The notes: generated by a model not told the origin, from the sequence alone. A stretch of DNA of 64,000 nt from an uncultured virus (IMG/VR IMGVR_UViG_3300022745_000033) (IMGVR_UViG_3300022745_000033); one strand, 5' to 3'; numbered from the stretch's first letter, positions 19,801-27,466 are shown. Numbers and translations are program-made.

Positions 19801-22681
19801 TGAGATTCTCAAATCAGTGCTTGGTGACAAATGGGTCGACAAGATTCTCATACATGAGACTGGTGGACAGCTCTACCAGCGCCTGTCTGGCGAACTCGGT
19901 AGTAATCGTAAAGCCTCCGACTTCATGCAAGAGCGTGGGGTGCTTGGCAACGTGCATAACTCAATGGGGAGCAAAAACTCCGAGTACCGCAACTACGTGA
20001 TCTACGATGACAGCAAGATAACCACGAACTACGTCCACTTCAACGCCCAAGACGGTAAAGGCAACGGCATGCCCTCCACCGAGGCTCAGCGTCAAGAGGC
20101 GCGTGCCTATGTGGAGAAGGTGCTAGGCAAGGACGTGCGTGTGGCCTTCGAGGAAGCTATGGGTCACTCCGGCGAGTGGGTGGACGTAGACAACCTGATC
20201 AAAATCTCGACCACGTCCGCTGCCGGGGCGCTGGAGACCGCCTACCACGAGGCGCTGCATGCGTTCTTCAGCAAGTACGTGAAGAACAACCCCCAGGTAT
20301 TTGAGGCGCTGAAGACCATCGCCGAGGACCCCAAGATCGTGGAGCGTCTGCATGCCCTGCTGGATGGTCACCCGGCCGCGCAGGCTCAGCTGGCCCACGG
20401 CGAGGAGCGTCTGGCCTACGCTTACCAGTTCTGGGCGGCAGGCAAACTGGACCTACCCTCCATGAAGGCCAGGAACTGGTTCCAGAAGCTGCGTAATCTG
20501 TTCAAGCGTGTGTTGGGTATGGTCAAGGACTCAGAACGCGCCACAGCTCTTTTTGAGGCTTTCCACGAAGGTAAGCTGTCTGAGCCCTCCGCTGCGGGCA
20601 AGGTGATTGCCGCAGAACTGGCAAAAGGCACCTTCACCAAGGCCCAGTTACGCAAAATTGATACCCTGGTGCAGTGGGTGGCTGGCAAGACCATGCCGTC
20701 CGAGGCTGTGCTGGCCACCAGTGTGAGCGCCCGGGCGCAGGCTCTGGCCCGCGAGCTGTACACGAACCCGGCTGACCCCGAGGGTGCGAAGGAGGAGGGC
20801 TACAGCAACGCCAAGAGCCGCCACGCCAAGCAGTACAGCAACCTGTTCAAGGACATCGTGAACGGCCTGTCAGACCGCGATCTGCACGATGTGGAGACCC
20901 ACTTGCAGAAGCAGACCGAGCTGACCGACATCCCGTACACCCCCGTGCGCAAGGCGGTCATGGACACCCGCAAACTCAACCAGCGCTTTTACCGCTACAT
21001 GACCGAGGAGCGCGGCATGAAGCTGGGCTACCTTGGTCCGAAATACTACCCCCGCGTGTGGAGCAAGAGCGCCATGCTGACCCGTGGCTTTGAGTTCGTG
21101 GAAATGCTCAAGGAACATTACCCTGATGTTCTGGCCGAAGGTGTGAAGGCCAGCAAGGGCAAGCTCTCGGGTGAGGACGTGGCGTGGCGCATCCACAGCG
21201 GTATCGTGAACGCTGGTGAGTTCATGCAGAAGCGTGGCCCGCAGCGTGATGACGGCGTGCTGGCGCCGTACTTCATGAGTAATCGCGTGCGCGACTTAGC
21301 ATGGCTGCAGACCGAGCATAGCGAGCCGTTCCAGGAAAAAAACCTGATCAAGACCATGACCAGCTATTACCACGACGGTGCACGCGCCGCTGAGTACACC
21401 AGCCGGTTCGGTCAGGACGGTGCGCTGCTGGATAGTGCAATTACCGAAATCCACAACGAGTTGAACGAGCACAGCCTCAACGAGCTGACCAAAGGTCGCT
21501 TCAAGGACGAAGCCCAGCGTGCCAAGTGGGTGAAGAGTCAGATGCGTGATGTGCGTGCAGCTGTGGCAGCGCAGGAGGGCACGTTGGGTAAGGACATCCC
21601 CCCAGCGTGGCGCAAGTTCAACAGTTGGGTGGTGGCCTACCAGAACGTGCGCCTGCTGCCCATGATGCTGTTCAGCTCCATGGTTGACCCCATGGCGATG
21701 GTGGCTCGTGGCGCCCCGATGCGCGAAGCATACGATGCCTATGTACGCGGCATGACCGAAGTGTTCCGCAACTGGGGCGATATGTTCCGCGACCAACCCA
21801 AAGAACGCCAAAAGGACAAGTGGGAGAAATTGGCAGAAGCATCCGGCATCGTGGATGCTGCACTGTTCAACACCCACGTGTCAGACGAGTACGCCTCGAT
21901 TTACATGGATGGCAAGGCCAAGAAGATCAACGACGCTCTTTTCAAGCTCAATGGTATGGAAGCGTGGGACCGTGGCATGCGCGTGGCGGCTACTCGCTCC
22001 GCTGCCATGTTCATTGCCCGTCACAAGGGACTGCCGGATGCTACCCACAGCGAGCGCTGGTTGTCTGAGCTGGGTCTCACACCCAAAGATATTGAGTTGG
22101 ATGATCGTGGTGAATTGATCACTGACAAGCACGACCTGATGGACAAGCTAGGGATCACTCAGGAAGAAGCCGAACGCCGCACGGACAAAATGAACTACGC
22201 GCTCTCGCGCTGGGTACAAGGCGCAGTGTTGTCGCCGAACGCCGCCCACCGCCCTGCATGGGGGAGTGACCCGCACTACAGCATGTTCTTCCACCTCAAG
22301 CAGTTCACCTACAGCTTTCACCAGACAGTGATCAAGAACGCGGTGCACGAGATGAATTACGGCAACATGATCCCATTGGGCACGTTCGCTTGGTATATCC
22401 CCGTCATGATTGCATCCGACATTACTAAAGGCCTGATTCAAGGCGGTGGTGAATTACCGGGTCACATGAAAGGTATGGACCTCGGTGCGTGGGTGGCGCA
22501 TGGTGCTGAGCGTGCCGGCATGCTGGGGTTGGGCAACATTGCGGTCGACGCAAATAAAGATATTTTTTCTACAGCTGGTCCCATGGTTGAACAGATCATG
22601 GATGCGTGGGGTGCGCCAGCTCGCAATACTGCGTTGAATGCGCTCCCACTGCATGGGCTTTATGCGGAGGCGATGAAATGA
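13859..22681 (+). CDS. giant polyvalent internal virion protein (ART-like module and zincin HExxH domain)
   Basis: 2940 aa at the end of the structural operon; THDSPHIFDGKFD..TGRGEG..GAGTYL and RNYVIYDD resemble polyvalent-protein ADP-ribosyltransferase-like domains; YHEALH metallopeptidase motif at 20243-20260. Confidence 0.7.
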   Translation: MATLRTPLFRQPTITADDLDALRASGMSNLRRGFESGRIGNDITGLAADEASLRADNDNVRADALRSQINALQRRQGFYAPDVQDVTKVGSVGDAVDWATGAVGQGVASMADPMAVSTGLNAAGGLISMAPNPLAKAVGTSLRWAAPVAAYGINARHLKGEVYNDMMGDPTIMANHSAQELNRQANIYGGIAGLADTAFPAVVGRQLTGAGFGKGLLKNGGARLGAELLGEGVTEAGQGYGSAYLRNTLNPNVEHNDWNERINDFAGGVAGAGPFAVGGHFADHGFRRIGDSVERVTEKAGQVKDLLDQSGATGAVKTGAQSIVGFGKGLLGRGKDSVVDLMGDENGKITPESVKQSFRDATDGITKEQGISPEDQSILRGDVPVDLRDKLDSPEFESWATQHHEERTNKVLDHLETMAEGGDKRADELFLKVNDAMTVPEHTAAVNEASKYVLDNNELQRELSNAEAFGKLAGMGGKAVGKGAVAAGKMAASFGKSVWDGMKEGAKKNMQGSLEGFDDFEGDRQSKLGGNYIQQQAAMKKSRDRAELMGEYLAAVTKAETPRFSAHRAGAEAAPAYMKSLGFEIADLADSWGLANEKGTAKAAIQPSGPASTIQTTEDKRGQQFDGLKLNLNRVVNSLRVMMGQDKAAEALNQMQSLYQGDKRIAPLFDFMRDELATQASPQGREHTAQIRDEAAQAILDKLPQEKELELMKNGISMRTPEGRKQLLSMVEQISANRAPREARVALAKLVGSQNLNEMLGVVNANLEKSGLSEVTVDDRGQTEDYDGSYAMDDNGDFIAAQSANDVDKSHAERLVAKGSGPKIYGYDYGSGMRHSTGKTDPFASTDRVSKKELAAWAKENADRATLGEELLPDPRTDWQKASAGRPNLFMRGRKLADGTDAVQKKITDMGKLLGVDRTPENAVRLLREENNEKAAANLEALIKKSNEGDEAARQRIDDNLDDFYETRAGSWDFKAKPASEVMKDHNYSLGQKLAAFRDYLYGDKEPVKARAVADMLLDMIDIQRKGEPNKQNQTRTTPKLRKQIMAAMDKYFKERDVVVGEQLSNRDNTQMTAPELLEMATQGRKVMDLARKPENADKAAGMIDRANILTFKSKLSTSKDGLLHIPAGALVYWVKSQKGMTQASNIEDTTDMGNKNKNREYLSALLEGVYQIAASGMADGLPYKLNARGEKEYFADSKSNKLGVPPSLRLATGKAEHVSLDAWKGEGESPGQYSDEYVFGKANPELSKDEVEAMIAQIKQEKGTKGFQIALNRAARKAKLDLTDSKKAFKVAVDQARGEDPFTAEPLEVVDPKLENPDYFSPESKKGQAQRLAERRKGGVKADRRGEETTTSNLGYRVNRSGKMVAEALTTDGHATPLDFFGKLPDGAQRDEFADVLGRTKEGGESVYSMRNVDLGREDATDALEKASDRSESIVEKLVSNPNEGLSDLASRLRTALRPGFVEAAKTENRVQYQRNIEAARKQPVGGKQYLFPAAAALSPENLQHVLASADVGPEEAVALKNQLFGMRKAAAGIAASLDLTPKQRVAVARMLATADKRDKITLANAQEYLMKLGENGADIDPEDTASKGGPDLSRQYQLGKTPLKPTTRPKGGPGGNVLQGPLFDGLNGPLGGGRTGEDAMGAAAEAAIQRLADKARKGGAAAPLGKSQRNGGKADWSEGGRKLNAQSTAIHEELGREGFAATHDSPHIFDGKFDWRRNTGRGEGRRDAGVDENDQSNVAQARGAGTYLSTADGVHEFYKNNFTAFYRGEDIDSLQRQLKSRNAEDAALRYAADAKNWEKYDYALGHGMSLKGDASGDYGSFVREHDIQSGDEQWRTPWSERDDGVYSSFAEAHEAEYGGSLRRHEEEIIRLKKAISEYKEKRWDKSPTYQVSVNIPHEHLLDWDKPMAEQSAHVREALKDVARSRVAGVEANLKRNGYRDGDVVHGSDGKNYTVFDDGSTGSFDFVDSNNRIVPEARAAEILKSVLGDKWVDKILIHETGGQLYQRLSGELGSNRKASDFMQERGVLGNVHNSMGSKNSEYRNYVIYDDSKITTNYVHFNAQDGKGNGMPSTEAQRQEARAYVEKVLGKDVRVAFEEAMGHSGEWVDVDNLIKISTTSAAGALETAYHEALHAFFSKYVKNNPQVFEALKTIAEDPKIVERLHALLDGHPAAQAQLAHGEERLAYAYQFWAAGKLDLPSMKARNWFQKLRNLFKRVLGMVKDSERATALFEAFHEGKLSEPSAAGKVIAAELAKGTFTKAQLRKIDTLVQWVAGKTMPSEAVLATSVSARAQALARELYTNPADPEGAKEEGYSNAKSRHAKQYSNLFKDIVNGLSDRDLHDVETHLQKQTELTDIPYTPVRKAVMDTRKLNQRFYRYMTEERGMKLGYLGPKYYPRVWSKSAMLTRGFEFVEMLKEHYPDVLAEGVKASKGKLSGEDVAWRIHSGIVNAGEFMQKRGPQRDDGVLAPYFMSNRVRDLAWLQTEHSEPFQEKNLIKTMTSYYHDGARAAEYTSRFGQDGALLDSAITEIHNELNEHSLNELTKGRFKDEAQRAKWVKSQMRDVRAAVAAQEGTLGKDIPPAWRKFNSWVVAYQNVRLLPMMLFSSMVDPMAMVARGAPMREAYDAYVRGMTEVFRNWGDMFRDQPKERQKDKWEKLAEASGIVDAALFNTHVSDEYASIYMDGKAKKINDALFKLNGMEAWDRGMRVAATRSAAMFIARHKGLPDATHSERWLSELGLTPKDIELDDRGELITDKHDLMDKLGITQEEAERRTDKMNYALSRWVQGAVLSPNAAHRPAWGSDPHYSMFFHLKQFTYSFHQTVIKNAVHEMNYGNMIPLGTFAWYIPVMIASDITKGLIQGGGELPGHMKGMDLGAWVAHGAERAGMLGLGNIAVDANKDIFSTAGPMVEQIMDAWGAPARNTALNALPLHGLYAEAMK

Positions 22682-22685
22682 TCAA

Positions 22686-22702
22686 GCCCGAATAATTCGG
22701 GC
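22686..22702 (+). terminator. hairpin after giant gene (possible terminator)
   Basis: GCCCGAA-TAA-TTCGGGC; weak U tract. Confidence 0.4.
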
Positions 22703-22746
22703 CTCTTCGGGGCGTTCTGAACGCGGTGAGGTATCTCTTCTACCTA

Positions 22747-22847
22747 CTATATATCTACTTATATTCTTATACTTATAAAACTAAACTATTAGTTTGAAAA
22801 ATAGATTAGTAAATAGATACTGAATAGAAATACCTATATAGAGATGG
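22747..22847. repeat. AT-rich element, copy 1
   Basis: Shares CTATATATCTA, TCTTATACTTATAA, TTTGAAA and TAGATACTGAWTAGAAAWACCTATATAGAGATGG with 50922-51027. Confidence 0.85.
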
Positions 22848-22924
22848 TTTGAACTTTGTAGGTCCAAGATTGAAAGGTCGGTATTTCTAGTCGTATTTGT
22901 CGGGCGCTGGCATAATACGTTCTA

Positions 22925-23380
22925 ATGTCTAAACTAGATCGGAATAAGATCATGACGTCTAACCCACACTCACACTCACACATGTACGAGCGCCGCGCAG
23001 GCGACAGTAAGCGACAAGATATCGAAGCAATGATTGCAGAAGAAAACGACCCGAAGCAACGGGCGTTTTTGATTATCTTGAACAGCATCAACCAATCCTT
23101 GGTGGCGAACACTGTAGCCACTGCATCTCTGTCAGAAAAATTTGACAACCATCTGACAGCGTTTGAGGAGAAAGTTCAGACAGACGCAGAACTTCTCAAC
23201 CAGGGTAAGGGTATGTGGAAAGCCATAGCGTGGGTCATGGGCGCCGCTCAAGCAATAGGCCTGAGTCTGGCAGCGTATGTAGTCCGCGACCTGTCTGATA
23301 TCCACCGTGACCTCCAGGCGTCCAGGCAGGCCGAGACCCGCCTCGAACTCCGCATCGACGCGTTGGAGAAACATAAATGA
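22925..23380 (+). CDS. membrane protein at the head of the lysis cassette (holin/antiholin candidate)
   Basis: One hydrophobic segment (AIAWVMGAAQAIGLSLAAYVV); start could be 22952 or later. Confidence 0.55.
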   Translation: MSKLDRNKIMTSNPHSHSHMYERRAGDSKRQDIEAMIAEENDPKQRAFLIILNSINQSLVANTVATASLSEKFDNHLTAFEEKVQTDAELLNQGKGMWKAIAWVMGAAQAIGLSLAAYVVRDLSDIHRDLQASRQAETRLELRIDALEKHK

Positions 23381-23790
23381 ACATCACCGTGGTACGCACC
23401 ATCTGCGGAGCAAACTGCACCATCGGTCAGCTGTTTGTGGACGGTGAGCATGAGTGCTACACCCTCGAAGACATTGTTCGCCCGGTTGGCGCTGCAAAGG
23501 TCTATGGCGAGACGGCTATCCCTTACGGGACCTACGAGGTCGTCATTACTTTCAGCAATCGCTTTCAGCGTGAGCTGCCGTTGCTGGTTGGCGTCCCGGG
23601 TTTTGACGGGATTCGTATCCACCCGGGCAATCAAGTTGAAGACACCCTCGGTTGCATTCTCGTCGGGGCATCACACACCTCCAACTCTGTGATCAATTCC
23701 CGCCTTGCGTTTAACGCGCTCTTCCCAAAAATCCAGGCATCTATCGCTAAAGGCGAGAAAGTGTCGCTCAGTATTGAAGGTAGTGTATGA
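23377..23790 (+). CDS. DUF5675-like protein, probable endolysin
   Basis: GIRIHPGN..DTLGCILVG motif; sits between membrane genes and spanins. Confidence 0.7.
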   Translation: MNITVVRTICGANCTIGQLFVDGEHECYTLEDIVRPVGAAKVYGETAIPYGTYEVVITFSNRFQRELPLLVGVPGFDGIRIHPGNQVEDTLGCILVGASHTSNSVINSRLAFNALFPKIQASIAKGEKVSLSIEGSV

Positions 23791-24053
23791 ACTGGTTCAA
23801 CAAACCCGGCCGTAAATGGAACCTGCGTGATCTGTTTGTAAATCACCAGACCGGTAGATTGCGTGAGACCGCACTCTGGTCAAACATCGGCAAAGCCGTG
23901 ATGACATGGGCGTTCATCTACTCCGTGATGCACGAACACTTCAACGAGACGCTGTGGGTGGCCTACGGTAGCGTCATCCTGGCCCATGAAGCTTACTCCC
24001 GCTTCATGAACCAGCGTCAGCAGGTACTGGACAAGGAGAAACCCCATGACTGA
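23787..24053 (+). CDS. putative holin (DUF2644-like)
   Basis: 88 aa, two hydrophobic helices, basic N-terminus, lysis cassette position. Confidence 0.6.
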   Translation: MNWFNKPGRKWNLRDLFVNHQTGRLRETALWSNIGKAVMTWAFIYSVMHEHFNETLWVAYGSVILAHEAYSRFMNQRQQVLDKEKPHD

Positions 24054-24210
24054 GATCGAACAGCTCCGTAAGGAGGTCAACGAACTGCGTGAGCGGGTAG
24101 CGGTGCTTGAGAGACAAACCCTCCAGCGCCAACCCATAGCGCCTAACGGTTTCTGGCCGCGCAGAAACGAGATCACGTGTGTCTCCCGCACAGAAAGCGG
24201 ACTGCTATGA
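24046..24210 (+). CDS. small coiled-coil hypothetical protein (not in ORF track)
   Basis: AAGGAG RBS; MTEIEQLRKEVNELRERVAVLE...GLL-stop, 54 aa; ATGA overlap with the i-spanin gene. Confidence 0.55.
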   Translation: MTEIEQLRKEVNELRERVAVLERQTLQRQPIAPNGFWPRRNEITCVSRTESGLL

Positions 24211-24554
24211 ACCCCTACCTCATTCTCGTAGTCATGCTGGGCTTCTGCGGCGTCAGTGTTGGCGGCTTCAAGCTCGGCATGGACCACCAGAAAGCCGCCG
24301 AGGCGGACAAGAAAGAGCTGATCGCTGAAGCTGTGGACGCGGCCAATGCCACAAGTGCACAAGCAATTTCCAAACTCAAGATCAAGAACACAACCATCAC
24401 GAATGAGGTGCAGCATGAAGTTCGCACGAATACTATTTATGGCGATTGCCACAATACTCCTAGCAGCCTGCAGTCAATTAACGCCGCGCTCGACCCTTCC
24501 TCTACCTACTCCCCTGATGAAGGCAAGCTGCCCAAGGTTGACGCCATTAAGTGA
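24207..24554 (+). CDS. Rz: inner-membrane spanin (Rz-like)
   Basis: N-terminal TM (MNPYLILVVMLGFCGV), then helical periplasmic domain; overlapped by a lipoprotein ORF. Confidence 0.75.
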   Translation: MNPYLILVVMLGFCGVSVGGFKLGMDHQKAAEADKKELIAEAVDAANATSAQAISKLKIKNTTITNEVQHEVRTNTIYGDCHNTPSSLQSINAALDPSSTYSPDEGKLPKVDAIK

Positions 24555-24642
24555 CGACACCTTTGGGGCTACCGTCCAAAAGCTAGTAGAGGTATCAGGC
24601 ATTTACTACGAATGCCGTGCGGCCGCAGGCGTTCAAGACTGA
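24415..24642 (+). CDS. Rz1: outer-membrane spanin lipoprotein (Rz1-like)
   Basis: MKFARILFMAIATILLAAC lipobox, Pro-rich mature part with Cys; overlaps Rz in another frame; GAGGTG RBS. Confidence 0.8.
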   Translation: MKFARILFMAIATILLAACSQLTPRSTLPLPTPLMKASCPRLTPLSDDTFGATVQKLVEVSGIYYECRAAAGVQD

Positions 24643-24646
24643 CATC

Positions 24647-24671
24647 AACGGGCTTCGGCCCGTTTATTTTT
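24647..24671 (+). terminator. intrinsic terminator at end of late operon
   Basis: AACGGGC-TTCG-GCCCGTT followed by TATTTTT. Confidence 0.8.
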
Positions 24672-24775
24672 GACCCATCTGATAGCCCCATGGGTCACGA
24701 TCATGATACCTACTAATGCACGAAGCGCTTTGTAGGCAGCTCGCACGGCGCGAGCGACCAGGAAAAACAGCGCCA

Positions 24776-25054
24776 TTATTTCTCTCCTTCTATCTTCACA
24801 GTAGTGGTTTCCCAGTCCTCGTCAGTGATGACAAGAACGTAGCCTTCACCCAAATTCGTCGGGTCTATCGGATACCGTGAAAGTATCTGACCGACATACT
24901 TCATTGAGTGCGTGTTAGCGCGCCTTTCTGTTGGCGATACGTGCCCGTATTCGTTGATCGCGTGCCGTGCGACCAAGTCAAAGGGCATGCGTTTCAGCTT
25001 CATCTGAACAGCTTCAGAAATGCAGAGCCTGCCTAATAGAAAGTTACTGTGCAT
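24776..25054 (-). CDS. hypothetical protein (plasmid/phage-type)
   Basis: 92 aa ORF directly downstream of 25056-25295. Confidence 0.55.
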   Translation of the reverse strand: MHSNFLLGRLCISEAVQMKLKRMPFDLVARHAINEYGHVSPTERRANTHSMKYVGQILSRYPIDPTNLGEGYVLVITDEDWETTTVKIEGEK

Positions 25055-25055
25055 A

Positions 25056-25295
25056 TTATTTATTGAACCCCTTCACGATCCACCAGAGTACGCCGATGAC
25101 GGCGTAGGTGATGACGACCGCTACGGGCCCACCCATATTGAAAACGGCAGTTGTGAAGAGAAGCACCATCAGGCCGACTATCGCGGTACGTAGTCGCTTC
25201 ACACCCTCAGAGTTACTGTTGAACAACCACAAAAAGAAGTTCCAGATTAAGACTCCCCCTAAGATCAGAACAAACAGCCCTACTGCGCCAGCCAT
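25056..25295 (-). CDS. small three-TM membrane protein (moron-like)
   Basis: Start MAGAVG after AGGGAG RBS; three hydrophobic segments; adjacent to attP. Confidence 0.65.
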   Translation of the reverse strand: MAGAVGLFVLILGGVLIWNFFLWLFNSNSEGVKRLRTAIVGLMVLLFTTAVFNMGGPVAVVITYAVIGVLWWIVKGFNK

Positions 25296-25337
25296 GTTTT
25301 TCTCCCTAAAAATAAATTCGAACTTTATCAAATCTGC

Positions 25338-25360
25338 CAGGTCATAGTGGGCTGTCATAA
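25338..25360. repeat. left integrase arm-type sites
   Basis: CAGGTCATAG and CTGTCATAA match the GGTCATA core of the right-hand repeats. Confidence 0.6.
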
Positions 25361-25406
25361 CGACGCGTAAACTCGCGCCACCATTGACTTTGTTCTAGGT
25401 CGGAAA

Positions 25407-25455
25407 CACCTTGACATGGTGGGGGTCGTTGGTTCGAGTCCAATCGCGCCTACCA
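25407..25455 (+). mobile_element. attP core: 3' part of tRNA-Val(GAC)
   Basis: CACC-TTGACAT-GGTGG anticodon arm, GTTGG-TTCGAGT-CCAAT T arm, CGCGCCT-ACCA; 5' half absent; ~210 bp from the integrase stop. Confidence 0.9.
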
Positions 25456-25458
25456 AAT

Positions 25459-25502
25459 AAAAGCCCTGGAACCCAGCATTCATGCGGGTTCCAGGGCTTT
25501 TT
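25459..25502 (+). terminator. bidirectional-type terminator after attP core
   Basis: AAAAGCCCTGGAACCC...GGGTTCCAGGGCTTTTT. Confidence 0.85.
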
Positions 25503-25577
25503 GGTTTGTAACGATATCGACTTTAGAACAGGTCTAAACCGTTAGAACCAGCCTAAAAAAGCCTGAAAAAGCCTAGC

Positions 25578-25636
25578 CAGGTCATACTCCAGGTCATACT
25601 CCGGGTCGTTCTCAGGTCATACTCCGGGTCATAGCC
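25578..25636. repeat. right integrase arm-type tandem repeats (5 x ~12 bp)
   Basis: CAGGTCATACTC, CAGGTCATACTC, CGGGTCGTTCT, CAGGTCATACTC, CGGGTCATAGCC. Confidence 0.8.
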
Positions 25637-25665
25637 TTGAGTAACCTGACGTGGGTAAAACGCCA

Positions 25666-26652
25666 TCATTTCTTCTTCACGTTGTTGGCAAACGTAGCGA
25701 CGTATCCAGGCGTGTGGTGGGCGTAACGAAGCACCATGCGGAGGTCGCTCCACCCACCAAGCACCCTAAGCACTTCTAGCGGGGTACCGTTTTGGATGTG
25801 CCATGTCGCCCAGGTATGGCGGAAACCATGCCAAGTGAACCCCTCGTAGCCGTCCTCTGTGGTGTAACCTACGCCAGCGCGAACGCACGCAGCTTGAAAC
25901 GCCGTTTTCGGACTCTGAATCGGCCGGCCGCGGTACGTGAAGACCCACACCTCGTGTTGACCTTCTTGGCCTTTGAGGACTGCGACGGCATCATCATTGA
26001 GCGGGACTGCTATAGCTTCATCGCTTTTAGCGTCTTCCGCCTCGACCCAAACCAACTTCCTCTCAAGGTCGACACGCTTCCATTGAAGCCCAAAGACATT
26101 AGACTGTCTCAGTCCTGTACTGATCGCAAAGAGAGCCATGGGCTGAAGATGCTTTGGGAGTTCAGCGTAGAGTTTGTTCCATTGATCGTGCGCGATCCAA
26201 GCACGGGGTTTAGTTTTCTTGTCAGTTTTTGTTGCGAGCTTGGGTAGCTCGCGTAGCCAACCTTCATCTTTCGCCACATTCAGGATTGCCATGATCATGG
26301 TTCGGTAGCGGGTGTACGTACCGGCCGTCTTGCAGAAAGAAAGAGCGCTGTCGATGTTCTCCCGCGTGACAGATGTCAGCAACCGATCTGGATAGTTGCG
26401 CCCAAACTTCGCCAAACTCAGTAGTTCACTCTCACTGCGGGCCTCTTTGTTGACCCACTTCATCACAGCCATGCTCCAGGTTTTGCCCTTTAGCTTCGGG
26501 GTGGTCTTCCATAAATCTGCTTTGATCTCGTCATGGATTCGTTGCGCTTCTTTTTTATCAGCTGTTCCAGTTGTGCAACGTATCCGTGGGGCACCTGGGA
26601 TGGTGATGCTGACCCACCAGGGGCCGTCTGTTTTTTGTTGGTAGATAGACAT
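25666..26652 (-). CDS. int: tyrosine integrase
   Basis: TGLRQSN, WHGFRHTWATW, LGGWSDLRMVLRYAH catalytic motifs; start taken at MSIYQQK after GGAG. Confidence 0.95.
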   Translation of the reverse strand: MSIYQQKTDGPWWVSITIPGAPRIRCTTGTADKKEAQRIHDEIKADLWKTTPKLKGKTWSMAVMKWVNKEARSESELLSLAKFGRNYPDRLLTSVTRENIDSALSFCKTAGTYTRYRTMIMAILNVAKDEGWLRELPKLATKTDKKTKPRAWIAHDQWNKLYAELPKHLQPMALFAISTGLRQSNVFGLQWKRVDLERKLVWVEAEDAKSDEAIAVPLNDDAVAVLKGQEGQHEVWVFTYRGRPIQSPKTAFQAACVRAGVGYTTEDGYEGFTWHGFRHTWATWHIQNGTPLEVLRVLGGWSDLRMVLRYAHHTPGYVATFANNVKKK

Positions 26653-26825
26653 GATGCGTTCTCCAGATAGGAGCTGCGCATGAAGGCGATCAGATCGTCC
26701 TCCAGGAACGCCCAACTCCTACCTATCTTTGAACCAGGGATCAAGCCATCTCGCGCACGCTGCTGCAACGTATTCGGATGAATACGGAGCAAAGCAGCAG
26801 CATCAGCGAGACCGAGAGATTTCAT
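26490..26825 (-). CDS. xis: excisionase-like HTH protein
   Basis: LADAAALLRIHPNTLQQRARDGLIPGSKIGRSWAF is a MerR/Xis-type HTH; directly upstream of and overlapping int. Confidence 0.8.
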   Translation of the reverse strand: MKSLGLADAAALLRIHPNTLQQRARDGLIPGSKIGRSWAFLEDDLIAFMRSSYLENASCLSTNKKQTAPGGSASPSQVPHGYVAQLEQLIKKKRNESMTRSKQIYGRPPRS

Positions 26826-27466
26826 CCGAGATGCGCGTAGCTTTCTTCGAGCAGTTCATTCAGACGATCAACGCTTGCATCAGGGTGCTTGCTCATCAAG
26901 GCTTCCAGCACTTCGTTATCTTCGGCGCCACCCCATATTTTTTTATAGGTACCGCCTTTGTAGCCGTGAGATTGCCGAAACAAGTTCAGCAAGTTTTTCC
27001 CGACATACATTGAGTACAACTGCTCCCATGTAAGCCCGAAGCTCTTCATCAGTATGTTGAATGCGGGGCCGTTGAGCTGACGCTGAATTGCGGCACTTCC
27101 AGCCAAGAGATCAAACATCTGTTCAAGCTGAACGTTGGTGATCTCGCCAAAGGCGTCTGGGTCTGCCTCCAACGCCGCAAAATAATCCGTCACCACATTG
27201 GCCGTCCTGTCAACGTCACCGTCATGGTTGGCCAGTAGCAGGCTCAGAGCAAAGTGCCAGATGTCAACCAATTCCAGCTGAATCTGCCCAGGGCTGTAAA
27301 CTTGTTGGTCTTTCCACCATTTCCAACCGTAGTGGTCTAGCGCTTCCACAGCTTCGACATAGATCGCACGGTGCCATGGATAGTTAGCGGTAATCCAGTC
27401 AGGGTTGATAACGCAGTTGAGCTTGTCTTGCATTTGCAGCATGTCAACAATGTGTTGTCGGTTCAT
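26822..27466 (-). CDS. dimeric (all-alpha) dUTPase
   Basis: WKWWK, ELVDIWHF, YVGKNLLNLFRQ..GY motifs. Confidence 0.9.
   Translation of the reverse strand: MNRQHIVDMLQMQDKLNCVINPDWITANYPWHRAIYVEAVEALDHYGWKWWKDQQVYSPGQIQLELVDIWHFALSLLLANHDGDVDRTANVVTDYFAALEADPDAFGEITNVQLEQMFDLLAGSAAIQRQLNGPAFNILMKSFGLTWEQLYSMYVGKNLLNLFRQSHGYKGGTYKKIWGGAEDNEVLEALMSKHPDASVDRLNELLEESYAHLG

Noticed and set aside
13859..22681. N4-type virion RNA polymerase
   Set aside because: Size is suggestive, but I found no T7-like or multisubunit RNAP catalytic motifs; a profile search would be needed to exclude it fully
25380..25455. Complete phage tRNA-Val gene
   Set aside because: No 5' acceptor strand or D arm; only the 3' 49 nt match, next to an integrase, so it is an attP core
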